From Thainema sp. (GTDB lineage Bacteria > Cyanobacteriota > Cyanobacteriia > Phormidesmidales > Phormidesmidaceae), in NCBI GenBank assembly GCA_052168235.1, contig JBQLZK010000014.1:1-64000 (forward strand): DNA of 64,000 nucleotides, in the 5' to 3' direction. This document shows, piece after piece, positions 1-9,704 of this stretch. Under the pieces are notes generated by a model that saw only the letters and a list, made by a program, of their open reading frames with translations, was not told where the DNA came from and ran no database searches. Made by a program: the position numbers and the translations under genes. The first letter of the stretch is position 1, and every line of letters begins with the position of its first letter.

Positions 1-54
1 TACCTGAACAACCAGCTCAGCCTTAATTCTCTTGCCAGCGGATGACGTGCTCCC

Positions 55-105
55 GTCTAGAACGATGGGGGAGTGTGCTGAGCACACTCCCCCATCGTTC
101 TAGAC
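55..105. repeat. Perfect palindrome, 25-bp arms with 1-nt centre; probable bidirectional terminator
   Basis: gtctagaacgatgggggagtgtgct-g-agcacactcccccatcgttctagac, downstream of futC. Confidence 0.85.
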
Positions 106-118
106 TGCATTAAACACC

Positions 119-206
119 AGACTTTATTGGAAATAAAGTTTTTGGGGTTGGAAATTGTTTTGTAGCGCGGCTCCGCCGCGCTACAAAACAATTTCCAATA
201 AAGTCT
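119..206. mobile_element. 88-bp MITE-like palindromic element, copy 1
   Basis: TIR agactttattggaaat...atttccaataaagtct, internal long hairpin; near-identical copies at 7638, 56009, 60458. Confidence 0.85.
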
Positions 207-208
207 AT

Positions 209-1369
209 TTAACTTGCTTTCAGTTGAGCAGCCTGATCCACTGACGGGCTTGTGAGGGCGTAAGGAAAAAATTGAAAGGCTTGATTCGCCAGTTTCACGC
301 ATACTCGGCTGCCGATAGGGAGGGGAGAGCGGATAGGGGTACGGGCGTGTAATTCTTGGCCGGAGGGGGTTTGGAGACAGTAACGATATTCCCGACCCAG
401 AAATTGACGATCGCGGATTAGCACTGTGCCTTGATCATCTAATTCCAGATGTAGATCTTCCTGGCGGATCATTAAATCGCCGTCATATTCAGGAAGGGTA
501 GCAGAATGTACAGGGGCAACGGAACGAGACTGTCTCGCTTCGTCAGCCTGAGAAATGACATCGACGGCAAAGTCACCCACTTCCGTTTGCCACATCTGAC
601 CTTGGCGACGAGCCGGAAGAAAATTGGCCTGGGTAACGAATCCGGCCACAAAGCGAGAAATCGGTTGCTGATACAGTTCCTCGGGCGTACCCAACTGTTC
701 CAAGTGGCCCTGACGCATGACGCCAACCCGATCGGAAATTGCTAGAGCCTCTTCCTGGTCGTGGGTGACAAAGACGGCGGTTGTGCCTGTGGACTTGAGG
801 ACTTCCCGCACTTTTTGCCGCAGATAGAGCCGCACTTCCACATCTAGGTTGCTAAACGGCTCGTCTAGCAAAATGAGGTTGGGCTGGGGTGCCAGTGCCC
901 GCGCGAGGGCAACCCGCTGCTGCTGACCACCCGACAGTTCGTGAGGATAGCGGTGTTCTAATCCCTGGAGTTCAACCAGTGCGATCGCATTTTGAGTTCG
1001 CAGACGAATTTCGCGATCGTTGAGGCGACGGGACTGCTGTTTCAGACCAAAGGCAACATTTTTATATACTGTCAAATGAGGGAACAGCGCATAGTCCTGG
1101 AACACAATGCCCACATCTCTCCGCTCCGGTGGAATCCAGCCGCCTTGACCATCAACCGTTAGGCTTGTGAGGTCAATCTGGCCAGTTTGGGTACGTTCAA
1201 AGCCTGCAATGAGCCGCAGCAGAGTCGTTTTGCCGCAGCCAGATGGCCCTAGCAGCGAGAGTAATTCTCCTTGATGCAGGGTTAGGCTGACTCGATCAAC
1301 GGCAGGTTGGCTGGTGGAGGTGTACTGCTTTGTGACGCCATCTAAACGCAAAATTACAGGCTGAGTCAT
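209..1369 (-). CDS. futC: Fe(III) ABC transporter ATP-binding protein (FutC/FbpC-like)
   Basis: Walker A GPSGCGKT, LSGGQQQR signature, LLDEPFSNLD, C-terminal TOBE-like region; next to futA; Fur-like box upstream. Confidence 0.85.
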   Translation of the reverse strand: MTQPVILRLDGVTKQYTSTSQPAVDRVSLTLHQGELLSLLGPSGCGKTTLLRLIAGFERTQTGQIDLTSLTVDGQGGWIPPERRDVGIVFQDYALFPHLTVYKNVAFGLKQQSRRLNDREIRLRTQNAIALVELQGLEHRYPHELSGGQQQRVALARALAPQPNLILLDEPFSNLDVEVRLYLRQKVREVLKSTGTTAVFVTHDQEEALAISDRVGVMRQGHLEQLGTPEELYQQPISRFVAGFVTQANFLPARRQGQMWQTEVGDFAVDVISQADEARQSRSVAPVHSATLPEYDGDLMIRQEDLHLELDDQGTVLIRDRQFLGREYRYCLQTPSGQELHARTPIRSPLPIGSRVCVKLANQAFQFFPYALTSPSVDQAAQLKAS

Positions 1370-1516
1370 ACGGGAATGTGTTCAAAGATGAAGTAGAACT
1401 AAAGAAAAGTGGAAAACGAGTGAGCCAAAAATCAGGATAATAGTGAAATGCCGCTAGTTCCACATCAATCAAATTGACCAGCTTAATCCTATTTAACCTA
1501 ACATCGATTTCTGCTT

Positions 1517-1535
1517 AATGAAATTGATACTCAAT
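1517..1535. promoter_or_regulatory. Putative Fur box upstream of futC
   Basis: aatgaaattgatactcaat, a 19-bp AT-rich imperfect palindrome resembling ATTGANAATNATTNTCAAT. Confidence 0.6.
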
Positions 1536-1676
1536 AATATTTTGAGATAATGCCGAGTGCTGTGACGCAAATATTGCAATACCGCAAGAATTTTCAATAA
1601 AAAATAAATTAAATAAAATTATTTGCGGCCTCTTGCCAAGCCTATGCAGCATTTCTCTACCGAATGAGATTGATTA

Positions 1677-1746
1677 AGAGCCTATCCGGAAACCCTCTCA
1701 AACCTCTAGTGCGTCGTGACCAAATCGGGGTATTCGAATAGGTTCT
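1677..1746. repeat. 70-bp miniature element with imperfect 19-bp terminal inverted repeats
   Basis: agagcctatccggaaaccc ... gggtattcgaataggttct (15/19 complementary). Confidence 0.5.
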
Positions 1747-1795
1747 AAGAGTGTTTCTCCTTGGTAGAGAAACACTCTCTAGCCCTACCGCTGTA

Positions 1796-2893
1796 TTATT
1801 TCCAGCCAGCCCGGTCAACAATTTTGACCACTTCGGGATTGTTGCGACCGTAGGCAGAAACGTTAACGGAATCTTCTTTATAATTACCCAATTCCGCCAC
1901 GATGGGATCGACCTTTACGCCTTCCACAACTGGATATTCGTTATTACCCTGAGCAAAGATCTCCTGCGCTTCAGGACTCGAAAGGTACTCAATAAATGCG
2001 ATCGCATTTTCCTTATTGGGTGCGTTCGCCACAACGCCTGCCCCGCTGATATTCACGTGGGTACCCCGCGCCCCTTCACCCTGGTTCGGGAAGAAGACCT
2101 GAGTCTGCTCCGTCACCTGCTGATCGGCAGCATCCTCTGACTTTGCCATCCGAGCCCAGTAGTAGTGGTTCACAATCGCCACATCGCACTGGCCAGAGGC
2201 TACAGCCTTAATTTGATCTGTATCGCCACCTTCAGGCTCCCGCGCTAGGTTGTTTACCAGACTGTTCACCCATTTCTCAGTCTCTTCAACGCCCATTGTT
2301 TCGACCATTGAACCGACGAGAGACTGGTTGTAAATGTTGCCGGAGCTACGAATGCAAACTCGGCCTTCCCACTGGGGTTCAGCCAGGGCTTCATAGGTAG
2401 ACAGTTCTGACGGATCAACCGCGTCTTTGTTGTAAACAAGAACCCGTGCTCGCTTGGTCAAGCCATACCAGTAACCTTCAGGGTGACGCACGTTTTCAGG
2501 AATGCGGTCTTGCAGAACCTGTGACGATGTCGGCTGTAAGATGCCCTCTTCTTCAGCCCGCCAGAGCCGTCCCGCATCCACAGTAATAAACACATCAGCG
2601 GGGCTATTGGCTCCCTCAGACTTAATCCGCTCAATCAGCTCATCGGCATCCCCTTCAATCAGGTTGACCTCAATCCCGGTTTCCTCGGTGAAGTCTTCGT
2701 ACAGAGCCGTATCCGTATCGTAGTGACGGGAAGAGTAAATATTCACAACCTCTCCGGTTGCCTCGGTCTCTGGTGCAGCCGCCTCACCACTGGTGTTCGT
2801 AGAAGCGGATTGATTATCACTACAGCCCACTGCCGCTAAAAACGTCAATCCTGCCAGTGCAGACAAAACGCTGCGTCTTCTAAAACGTGTCAT
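1796..2893 (-). CDS. futA: Fe(III) ABC transporter substrate-binding lipoprotein (FutA/IdiA)
   Basis: Arg-rich signal with lipobox AVGC, YSSRHY, SPADVFITVDAGRL, NHYY Tyr ligands, GTHVNISG. Confidence 0.9.
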   Translation of the reverse strand: MTRFRRRSVLSALAGLTFLAAVGCSDNQSASTNTSGEAAAPETEATGEVVNIYSSRHYDTDTALYEDFTEETGIEVNLIEGDADELIERIKSEGANSPADVFITVDAGRLWRAEEEGILQPTSSQVLQDRIPENVRHPEGYWYGLTKRARVLVYNKDAVDPSELSTYEALAEPQWEGRVCIRSSGNIYNQSLVGSMVETMGVEETEKWVNSLVNNLAREPEGGDTDQIKAVASGQCDVAIVNHYYWARMAKSEDAADQQVTEQTQVFFPNQGEGARGTHVNISGAGVVANAPNKENAIAFIEYLSSPEAQEIFAQGNNEYPVVEGVKVDPIVAELGNYKEDSVNVSAYGRNNPEVVKIVDRAGWK

Positions 2894-3001
2894 GAGTAAA
2901 ATGCCTCTCCTTTGCTGTTTGAGTCCGGCGATGTTGAAAAGTTAAGTTCTATACTGAAGGGCGTCACCTAAAACCATTGAGGTAACTCGCATCGAGCTCT
3001 T

Positions 3002-3020
3002 AATGAAACTAATTCTTAAT
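3002..3020. promoter_or_regulatory. Putative Fur box upstream of futA
   Basis: aatgaaactaattcttaat, similar to the box at 1517. Confidence 0.6.
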
Positions 3021-3264
3021 TAGACATCACGTTCTCGACAATATCGGACTGTACTCCCGATGTCAACTAGCGATGTCAACCAGAGCCATTGCAGCTAATT
3101 CTGAGAATATACAAGTCGAGCAAAATAGCTGTACCTCTTTCCTGGTAAAGATTTGAGCTGTTTTTTGAACTCAGCATGTCAGTAAACCTGTATATGCGAT
3201 CGCATTGTTCTGAGCGATACCCACTAAAATGGTTGGGATTTTAAGTGACTGAACTGGTAGGTCT

Positions 3265-6200
3265 ATGCCTCGTCGCGACGATATTAAAAAGATTCTGCTC
3301 ATTGGTTCTGGCCCAATTGTGATTGGCCAAGCCTGTGAGTTTGACTATTCCGGCACCCAAGCGTGTAAAGCTTTGCGGGAAGAGGGTTATGAGGTGGTGT
3401 TGGTTAACTCCAACCCAGCTACCATCATGACTGATCCAGAAACGGCTGATCGCACTTACATTGAACCGTTGACGCCAGAACTGGTCGCTAAAGTCATTGA
3501 GAAAGAGCGACCCGACGCCCTACTGCCGACAATGGGGGGACAAACGGCGCTCAACGTCGCGGTGAGCTTGGCAAAATCGGGGGTGCTGGATCAGTACAAC
3601 GTCGATCTGATCGGCGCAAAGTTGCCCGCGATTGAGATGGCCGAAGACCGCAAGCTATTCAAAGAGGCGATGGAGCGGATCGGGGTGAAGGTTTGCCCCT
3701 CCGGTCTAGCGGAAACAATGGACGAGGCAAAGGCGATTGCCGTCCAAATTGGCAGCTATCCGCTGATTATTCGCCCGGCCTACACCTTGGGCGGTTCCGG
3801 CGGCGGCATTGCCTACAACCAGGAAGAATTTGAAGAAATTTCGCAATCCGGCTTAGATGCCAGCCCCGTATCTCAAATTTTGATTGAGCAGTCGCTGCTG
3901 GGCTGGAAAGAATACGAGCTAGAGGTGATGCGCGACCTAGCCGATAACGTGGTGATTATCTGCTCGATTGAAAACGTGGATCCAATGGGGATTCATACGG
4001 GCGACTCCGTCACCGTTGCCCCAGCACAAACGCTGACCGACAAGGAATATCAGCGACTGCGGGACTATTCGATCCGAATTATTCGCGAAATTGGCGTCGA
4101 GACAGGCGGCTCCAACATTCAGTACGCCGTCAATCCGGTCGATGGCGACGTGGTGGTGATCGAAATGAACCCCCGCGTTTCCCGTAGTTCGGCTCTAGCC
4201 TCAAAGGCGACTGGATTCCCGATCGCAAAGTTCGCCGCCAAGCTAGCGGTCGGTTATACCCTGGATGAAATTTCCAACGACATCACCAAGAAGACCCCGG
4301 CTAGCTTCGAACCGACGATTGATTATGTGGTGACCAAGATTCCCCGGTTTGCCTTCGAGAAATTTCCCGGCTCCCAAGCGGTTCTTACCACCCAGATGAA
4401 GTCGGTCGGTGAAGCAATGGCAATTGGCCGCACCTTCCAGGAATCTTTCCAAAAAGCTATGCGCTCTTTGGAAACAGGTCGCTTTGGTTGGGGTTGCGAT
4501 CGCGATGAGAAATTGCCCAGTCTGACCCAGATTCGGGCCAATTTGCGAACACCTAATCCAGAACGGTTACTGACCCTGCGCCACGCCATGCTGATGGGTA
4601 TGTCAGTCGAGGATATCTATGAGCTGACCGGAATTGATCCCTGGTTTCTCGATAAGCTTGAGGACTTGCTGAAAACCGAGAAAGCTCTGAAGCGGATGAA
4701 GCTCCAAGAGATTTCCAAAGACGACATGTACGCCATCAAGCGACAAGGCTTCAGCGATCGTCAAATTGCCTATGCCACCAAGACCACCGAGGACGAAGTG
4801 CGGACGTACCGGAAAGGTCTGGGCGTCATCCCCGCTTACAAAACAGTGGACACCTGCGCGGCGGAGTTTGAAGCCTACACGCCTTACTACTACTCCGCTT
4901 ACGAAGAAGAAACCGAAACGCTGCCCTCTGACAAGCGCAAGGTGATGATTCTGGGCAGTGGTCCCAACCGGATTGGTCAGGGAATCGAGTTTGACTACTG
5001 CTGCTGTCATGCCTCCTACGCGCTCCAGGCGGAAGGGTTTGAGACGATCATGGTCAACTCCAACCCGGAGACGGTTTCCACCGACTACGACACCAGCGAT
5101 CGCCTCTATTTTGAGCCGCTGACCAAAGAAGACGTGCTCAACATCATCGAAGCTGAACAGCCTGAGGGCATCATCATCCAGTTTGGCGGGCAGACGCCGC
5201 TGAAGCTAGCGGTGCCTCTAGAAGAGGCCAAGGCTCCTATCTGGGGCACCTCGCCAGATTCCATCGACACTGCCGAAGACCGAGAGCGATTTGAACAAAT
5301 CCTGCGTAAGCTGGATATTGCTCAGCCGCCCAACGGCATCGCCCGCAGCTATGAAGGAGCGCTCAAGATTGCCCAGAAAATTGGCTATCCGGTGGTTGTA
5401 CGGCCCAGCTACGTCCTTGGCGGACGGGCAATGGAAATCGTCTACTCTGACCAGGATCTAGAGCGCTACATGACCTATGCGGTGCAGGTGGAGCCGGATC
5501 ACCCGATTTTGATTGACAAGTTCCTAGAGAACGCGATCGAGGTCGATGTGGATGCGGTGGCCGATCAAACCGGTCAGGTTGTGATCGGCGGCATCATGGA
5601 GCATATTGAGCAGGCAGGGATTCACTCCGGTGACTCGGCCTGTTCCATCCCCTATATTTCCCTCAGCGATGAGGCATTGGTAAAGATTCGCAAATGGACA
5701 ATTCAACTGGCCGGCGAACTGAAAGTTATCGGTCTGATGAATATTCAGTTTGCGGTACAGGGCGACACAGTCTACATTCTGGAAGCCAATCCCCGTGCGT
5801 CCCGAACGGTGCCGTTTATCTCAAAGGCAATCGGTGTTCCCCTCGCTAAGATAGCTGTGAAAGCAATGGCGGGCGAAACGTTGGCCAGCATGGACTTCAC
5901 CGAAGAAATCATCCCCCATCACATTGCAGTGAAGGAAGCGGTGCTGCCATTTGAGAAGTTCCAGGGTACAGACACGATCCTGGGACCCGAAATGCGCTCC
6001 ACAGGTGAGGTCATGGGCATCGATACCGACTTTGGTAAAGCGTTTGCCAAGGCTGAACTTGCGGCAGGTCAGCGTCTACTGCTGAGCGGTACGGTATTTG
6101 TTTCGATGAATGATCGCGAGAAGCAGGCCGTTGTCCCAGTGGTGAAGGATTTGATCAGCCTAGGCTTTAAGGTGATTGCCACAGCAGGCACTCAGCAAGT

Positions 6201-6513
6201 CTTGGCAGAAAATGGGCTGGATGTTGATCTGATTCTTAAGGTTCATGAAGGCCGCCCGCACATCCTAGACGCAATTAAAAATGGCCAGGTGCAGCTCATC
6301 GTCAACACACCGCTGGGTGCGACGGCGCAGGTTGACGATCGGGTTATCCGCCGGACAGCACTGGCCTACAAGGTGCCGATCATTACGACGATTGCTGGAG
6401 CTAAAGCGACAGCCTCCGCCATTCGAGCCCTGCAAACGGCAGAGCTCGATGTGCGGGCGATTCAAGACTACGCGACAGACAAGCCCAAGGCTGAGGTGGA
6501 AATGACGGTGTAG
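3265..6513 (+). CDS. carB: Carbamoyl-phosphate synthase large subunit
   Basis: [30 protein letters not shown] start, two ATP-grasp halves, C-terminal MGS domain, 1082 aa. Confidence 0.98.
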   Translation: MPRRDDIKKILLIGSGPIVIGQACEFDYSGTQACKALREEGYEVVLVNSNPATIMTDPETADRTYIEPLTPELVAKVIEKERPDALLPTMGGQTALNVAVSLAKSGVLDQYNVDLIGAKLPAIEMAEDRKLFKEAMERIGVKVCPSGLAETMDEAKAIAVQIGSYPLIIRPAYTLGGSGGGIAYNQEEFEEISQSGLDASPVSQILIEQSLLGWKEYELEVMRDLADNVVIICSIENVDPMGIHTGDSVTVAPAQTLTDKEYQRLRDYSIRIIREIGVETGGSNIQYAVNPVDGDVVVIEMNPRVSRSSALASKATGFPIAKFAAKLAVGYTLDEISNDITKKTPASFEPTIDYVVTKIPRFAFEKFPGSQAVLTTQMKSVGEAMAIGRTFQESFQKAMRSLETGRFGWGCDRDEKLPSLTQIRANLRTPNPERLLTLRHAMLMGMSVEDIYELTGIDPWFLDKLEDLLKTEKALKRMKLQEISKDDMYAIKRQGFSDRQIAYATKTTEDEVRTYRKGLGVIPAYKTVDTCAAEFEAYTPYYYSAYEEETETLPSDKRKVMILGSGPNRIGQGIEFDYCCCHASYALQAEGFETIMVNSNPETVSTDYDTSDRLYFEPLTKEDVLNIIEAEQPEGIIIQFGGQTPLKLAVPLEEAKAPIWGTSPDSIDTAEDRERFEQILRKLDIAQPPNGIARSYEGALKIAQKIGYPVVVRPSYVLGGRAMEIVYSDQDLERYMTYAVQVEPDHPILIDKFLENAIEVDVDAVADQTGQVVIGGIMEHIEQAGIHSGDSACSIPYISLSDEALVKIRKWTIQLAGELKVIGLMNIQFAVQGDTVYILEANPRASRTVPFISKAIGVPLAKIAVKAMAGETLASMDFTEEIIPHHIAVKEAVLPFEKFQGTDTILGPEMRSTGEVMGIDTDFGKAFAKAELAAGQRLLLSGTVFVSMNDREKQAVVPVVKDLISLGFKVIATAGTQQVLAENGLDVDLILKVHEGRPHILDAIKNGQVQLIVNTPLGATAQVDDRVIRRTALAYKVPIITTIAGAKATASAIRALQTAELDVRAIQDYATDKPKAEVEMTV

Positions 6514-6539
6514 TGGGTTAATTACCTGCTTTGAAAGAG

Positions 6540-6582
6540 CAAAACAAAAGCGGTGAGTACTGTACTCACCGCTTTTGTTTTG
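6540..6582 (+). terminator. Perfect palindrome (21-bp arms) after carB; terminator
   Basis: caaaacaaaagcggtgagtac-t-gtactcaccgcttttgttttg. Confidence 0.8.
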
Positions 6583-6947
6583 ACTACTCATAAAATCGCG
6601 TCATCAACAGAAGATTTACACAATTATCAAGCAGCAGTGCTGCGAGAGTGGCGATAGAGGAGCTGGGACGGTCTGTTACCGTACTGTTGCTGTAGAGCCT
6701 ACAACTTCGCTTTTAGGGTAGCCAGTTTTTGAGTGCCATTCGGTTTAGCAAAGTGAGATCGCACTTTTCCTGTCTGCGATCGCACTGACAGATTTACGCA
6801 ATGGATTGCTAGTCTAACGCTGTGCTGAAGCGAGATAGGTGCGACACGTTAGTTGTGGCAAGCAATGACTTCTGTTGTCTATCAATCAGTAGAACCGTTG
6901 CACGGTGCGAGAACGGAATGAGACGTGAGCGAAGACGCAGCGGTGAG

Positions 6948-7163
6948 ATAGGAATTATCCAAAGTTAATCAGTCTGAGCTGGTTGCGATCGCAATTTGCT
7001 CCAGGTGGAGTTCCAAAACGGCTCGGTGTATCAATACCAAGGTGTGGACGCAGACACCTGGAATGCTTTGCAAGCCGCAGAATCAACTGGCGCATTCTTC
7101 AACCACGAAATCAAAAGCACCTATCGCTTCCAGCGGGTACAGCCTCCACCGAAATCCTACTAA
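6948..7163 (+). pseudogene. KTSC-domain protein remnant, frame-broken at a HIP1 site
   Basis: 6987-7163 reads DRNLLQVEFQNGSVYQYQGVDADTWNALQAAESTGAFFNHEIKSTYRFQRV (KTSC motif); ELSKVNQSELVAIA lies upstream in another frame; no intact ATG (ATAG at 6948). Confidence 0.7.
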
Positions 7164-7189
7164 CCGGACTTAAAATCAGGGCACCCCGA

Positions 7190-7582
7190 TCATTGCACCA
7201 TCGCGCAAACGCTGCCGCCCACAATTTGCCAGCCCTTCTTGCCATTGCGCCAAACTCGGGTGTAGCGATAGTCGCCTGCAAAATCATCGCCTAAAAACGT
7301 GCCGCTGAGGAACACTTTGGCTGAGGCCAGGGCAAAGTCTTCGCTCCATATGCGAATTTCTAGTTCTTTGGGCACCAGCTCCCGAAACTGCGTGCCGCCC
7401 GTGCGGTGCAGTTCCAGATCCATTTCCTTCGTCGCCAAATCGCCCGTTGGCCCCGCAAACAGCAGATCATCGGCAATCAGCGCATCCAGCTCAGCCACAT
7501 CCGAAGCCAGCATGGCCGCATAAAGCCTTGTCTCTGCCGCACAAATGCGATCGCGGATTTGAGCTGCACGTTCAGGATTCAT
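7190..7582 (-). CDS. NTF2-like / DUF4440 family protein
   Basis: AMLASDVAELDALIADDLLFAGPTG...YRYTRVW...WQIVGG; start refined to MNPERAAQ. Confidence 0.8.
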   Translation of the reverse strand: MNPERAAQIRDRICAAETRLYAAMLASDVAELDALIADDLLFAGPTGDLATKEMDLELHRTGGTQFRELVPKELEIRIWSEDFALASAKVFLSGTFLGDDFAGDYRYTRVWRNGKKGWQIVGGSVCAMVQ

Positions 7583-7637
7583 CTCTTTATTTCCCAATTG
7601 AGGTAATGGATCAAACCCACCATGAACTATTAACAAT

Positions 7638-7725
7638 AGACTTTATTGGAAATAAAGTTTTTGGGGTTGGAAATTGTTTTGTAGCGCGGCGGAGCCGCGC
7701 TACAAAACAATTTCCGATAAGGTCT
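7638..7725. mobile_element. 88-bp MITE-like element, copy 2
   Basis: Near identical to 119-206; loop gga. Confidence 0.85.
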
Positions 7726-7738
7726 TATGAACTATAAG

Positions 7739-8956
7739 CTACAAACCTTCCGCAGCATCGGTACCACAGGTCGATCCCGTATGCCGTCCCGCAAAGCGAT
7801 CTTCAATCCAGCCCACAGTGACAATCCCAGATTCATCACGGGCATCATGCCCTACACCAGGCAGACGCATAAATTCCACATTTTCACCTGCCGCACAGCG
7901 CCGTGCCGCCTCGGCTTCATTTAACTCAATTGGAATCAGCGTATCGGCTGTACCGTGGGTAATCAGCAGCGGCACGTTGAGTGGTTCCCGAGGCGTATTT
8001 TGCTCAATGATGGTGCGCCAGGGTTCCGTAGTTAGCGGGTCGGCGCTCAGATACTCGGACGGTTTCAAGAGCGAGCCAATGGTCAAAAAGGCAGCGGGCG
8101 TAGATATACAGGTGGTTGCCATCCGCTCGAACTGATCGCGCTGTTCCGGCTGAATAATGCTGTCCAAGCTGACGTTGGGATAAACGTGACTCCAAGCATA
8201 AAAGGCTTCACTAATCAAAACGCCTCCTCCTTGGTCATCCTTTTTGGCTGCAATGATTCCCGCTAGATTAATAGCGGGTGCCGATGTTGCCGCCGCAACC
8301 AGTTCCAGTTCTGGAGCATACTCTGCGGCAGACTGGGCCGCCCATAGCGCTGCTTGTCCCCCTTGTGATGCACCCCAAACCACAAAACGCTTGCCCGCAT
8401 TGACATCCAACTGCTGAGCAGCTCGCACAGAATCCAAAATCGAGTACGCCGAAACATTGCCAACCAGATAGGGATGAATACCCGGTGTACCCAGCCCCGG
8501 ATAGTCAGTGGCAACGACCACAAAACCCTGATCCACCATCAGATCCACCACGGGCGTTTGTTTATAGGGATCTGCGGTGTGGCTGACTCCGCATTCGGGT
8601 AAGACACCCACTGTGCCGTGTGACCAAGCAATGACTGGACGAAGCGAGTCACTAGGTTCTTGTGGGGCAACCACTGTGCCTGTTACGGCAATAGGTTCCC
8701 CATTCATGCCTGTAGAACGATACATGATGCGCCAAGCCACTGCCCCTTCGGGTAAATCTTCTAGCAGCGGTTCTTGGCGAATGATCGTGCCGGGTTGACC
8801 ATCGGGTAAAGGAGTCGGTGGAGTGTAAAAAGCCGAGGGCTGAATTGGAGTGATCGCTCGCTGAAAGCGCCAGTAGATTGCTCCAGCGCCAATCAGACTG
8901 ACAACGCTACCGACAATTACCCAGCGAATCCACGGTTTCAGAGTGCTCCGACGCAC
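7739..8956 (-). CDS. Secretory lipase family alpha/beta hydrolase
   Basis: N-terminal TM, WSHGTVG, TDYPGLGTPGIHPYL, nucleophile GASQGG, HGTADTL, GVGH. Confidence 0.85.
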   Translation of the reverse strand: MRRSTLKPWIRWVIVGSVVSLIGAGAIYWRFQRAITPIQPSAFYTPPTPLPDGQPGTIIRQEPLLEDLPEGAVAWRIMYRSTGMNGEPIAVTGTVVAPQEPSDSLRPVIAWSHGTVGVLPECGVSHTADPYKQTPVVDLMVDQGFVVVATDYPGLGTPGIHPYLVGNVSAYSILDSVRAAQQLDVNAGKRFVVWGASQGGQAALWAAQSAAEYAPELELVAAATSAPAINLAGIIAAKKDDQGGGVLISEAFYAWSHVYPNVSLDSIIQPEQRDQFERMATTCISTPAAFLTIGSLLKPSEYLSADPLTTEPWRTIIEQNTPREPLNVPLLITHGTADTLIPIELNEAEAARRCAAGENVEFMRLPGVGHDARDESGIVTVGWIEDRFAGRHTGSTCGTDAAEGL

Positions 8957-9032
8957 TGATTAGCCCTCTCTAGTGAAAGTAAATCTCGCCATTAGAACAG
9001 TAGCATCAGATTTTTATTGCTTTGAGTTTAAG

Positions 9033-9704
9033 TTAGACAAAATGGTAAGGCGGCAGTGGCGCACTGACAAATAGTGTCCAGTGGGGAAACTGTTCTTGCC
9101 AGATCTGGCACTGATTTTGGATATCAGCTTCGGCATCGCGGGGCAGCAAGAGGTAAATGCGCTCAATGCCATCCTTGGGTTCGCTGTGCTTCCAATGGGT
9201 ATATAACTTTGCGATCGCATGTTTTAACTCAGCAAGTTCAGCCTGCTGCTGCTGCTGATACTCGGCCTGGGCCTGATATCGCTGCTTCTTGGCTAGGAAA
9301 TAGTCGCGACCCTTGGCCTGATTGGGCAAGGGCGGTTCCGATTGCTCAACCGGAATCAGCTTCAGCAGATACTCGCCCTGATTCGCGAGTTGAGCAAGCT
9401 GTTGATGATAGGACTGCTGGTGTTCTGCCAAATGCTGGAGCAGTCCCTCTTCCGAGTAGAACTGGGTGCCAAACTGGAGCGGCAGCACCGTCACGTGCTG
9501 AAACACCTCTTGTAAAACTCGGTCGTGGGTCAAAACCGCCTGCATGAGCTGCTGATCATCAGTTGCGATCGCATCGTAGTCTACCTCTGGTTCAATCACG
9601 GCGCACAGCCCTTCGTAGTGCATAAACTGCACCTGGGCCTGAATACCGCTCAGCGTCGGCAACAGCGCCTCAGCGGGAACACAAAATCCGTAAACGTAAA
9701 TCAT
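9033..9704 (-). CDS. GvpL/GvpF family gas vesicle protein (GvpW-like)
   Basis: IYVYG, HDRVLQEVF..VTVLPLQFGT, GRDYFLAKK, C-terminal PLPPYHFV. Confidence 0.85.
   Translation of the reverse strand: MIYVYGFCVPAEALLPTLSGIQAQVQFMHYEGLCAVIEPEVDYDAIATDDQQLMQAVLTHDRVLQEVFQHVTVLPLQFGTQFYSEEGLLQHLAEHQQSYHQQLAQLANQGEYLLKLIPVEQSEPPLPNQAKGRDYFLAKKQRYQAQAEYQQQQQAELAELKHAIAKLYTHWKHSEPKDGIERIYLLLPRDAEADIQNQCQIWQEQFPHWTLFVSAPLPPYHFV

Noticed and set aside
57..302. Short ORFs sharing RYKTISNPKNFI / FVARRSRATKQFP (57-302, 7447-7737, 55868-56125, 60356-60649)
   Set aside because: They are translations of the 88-bp repeat, not a protein family.
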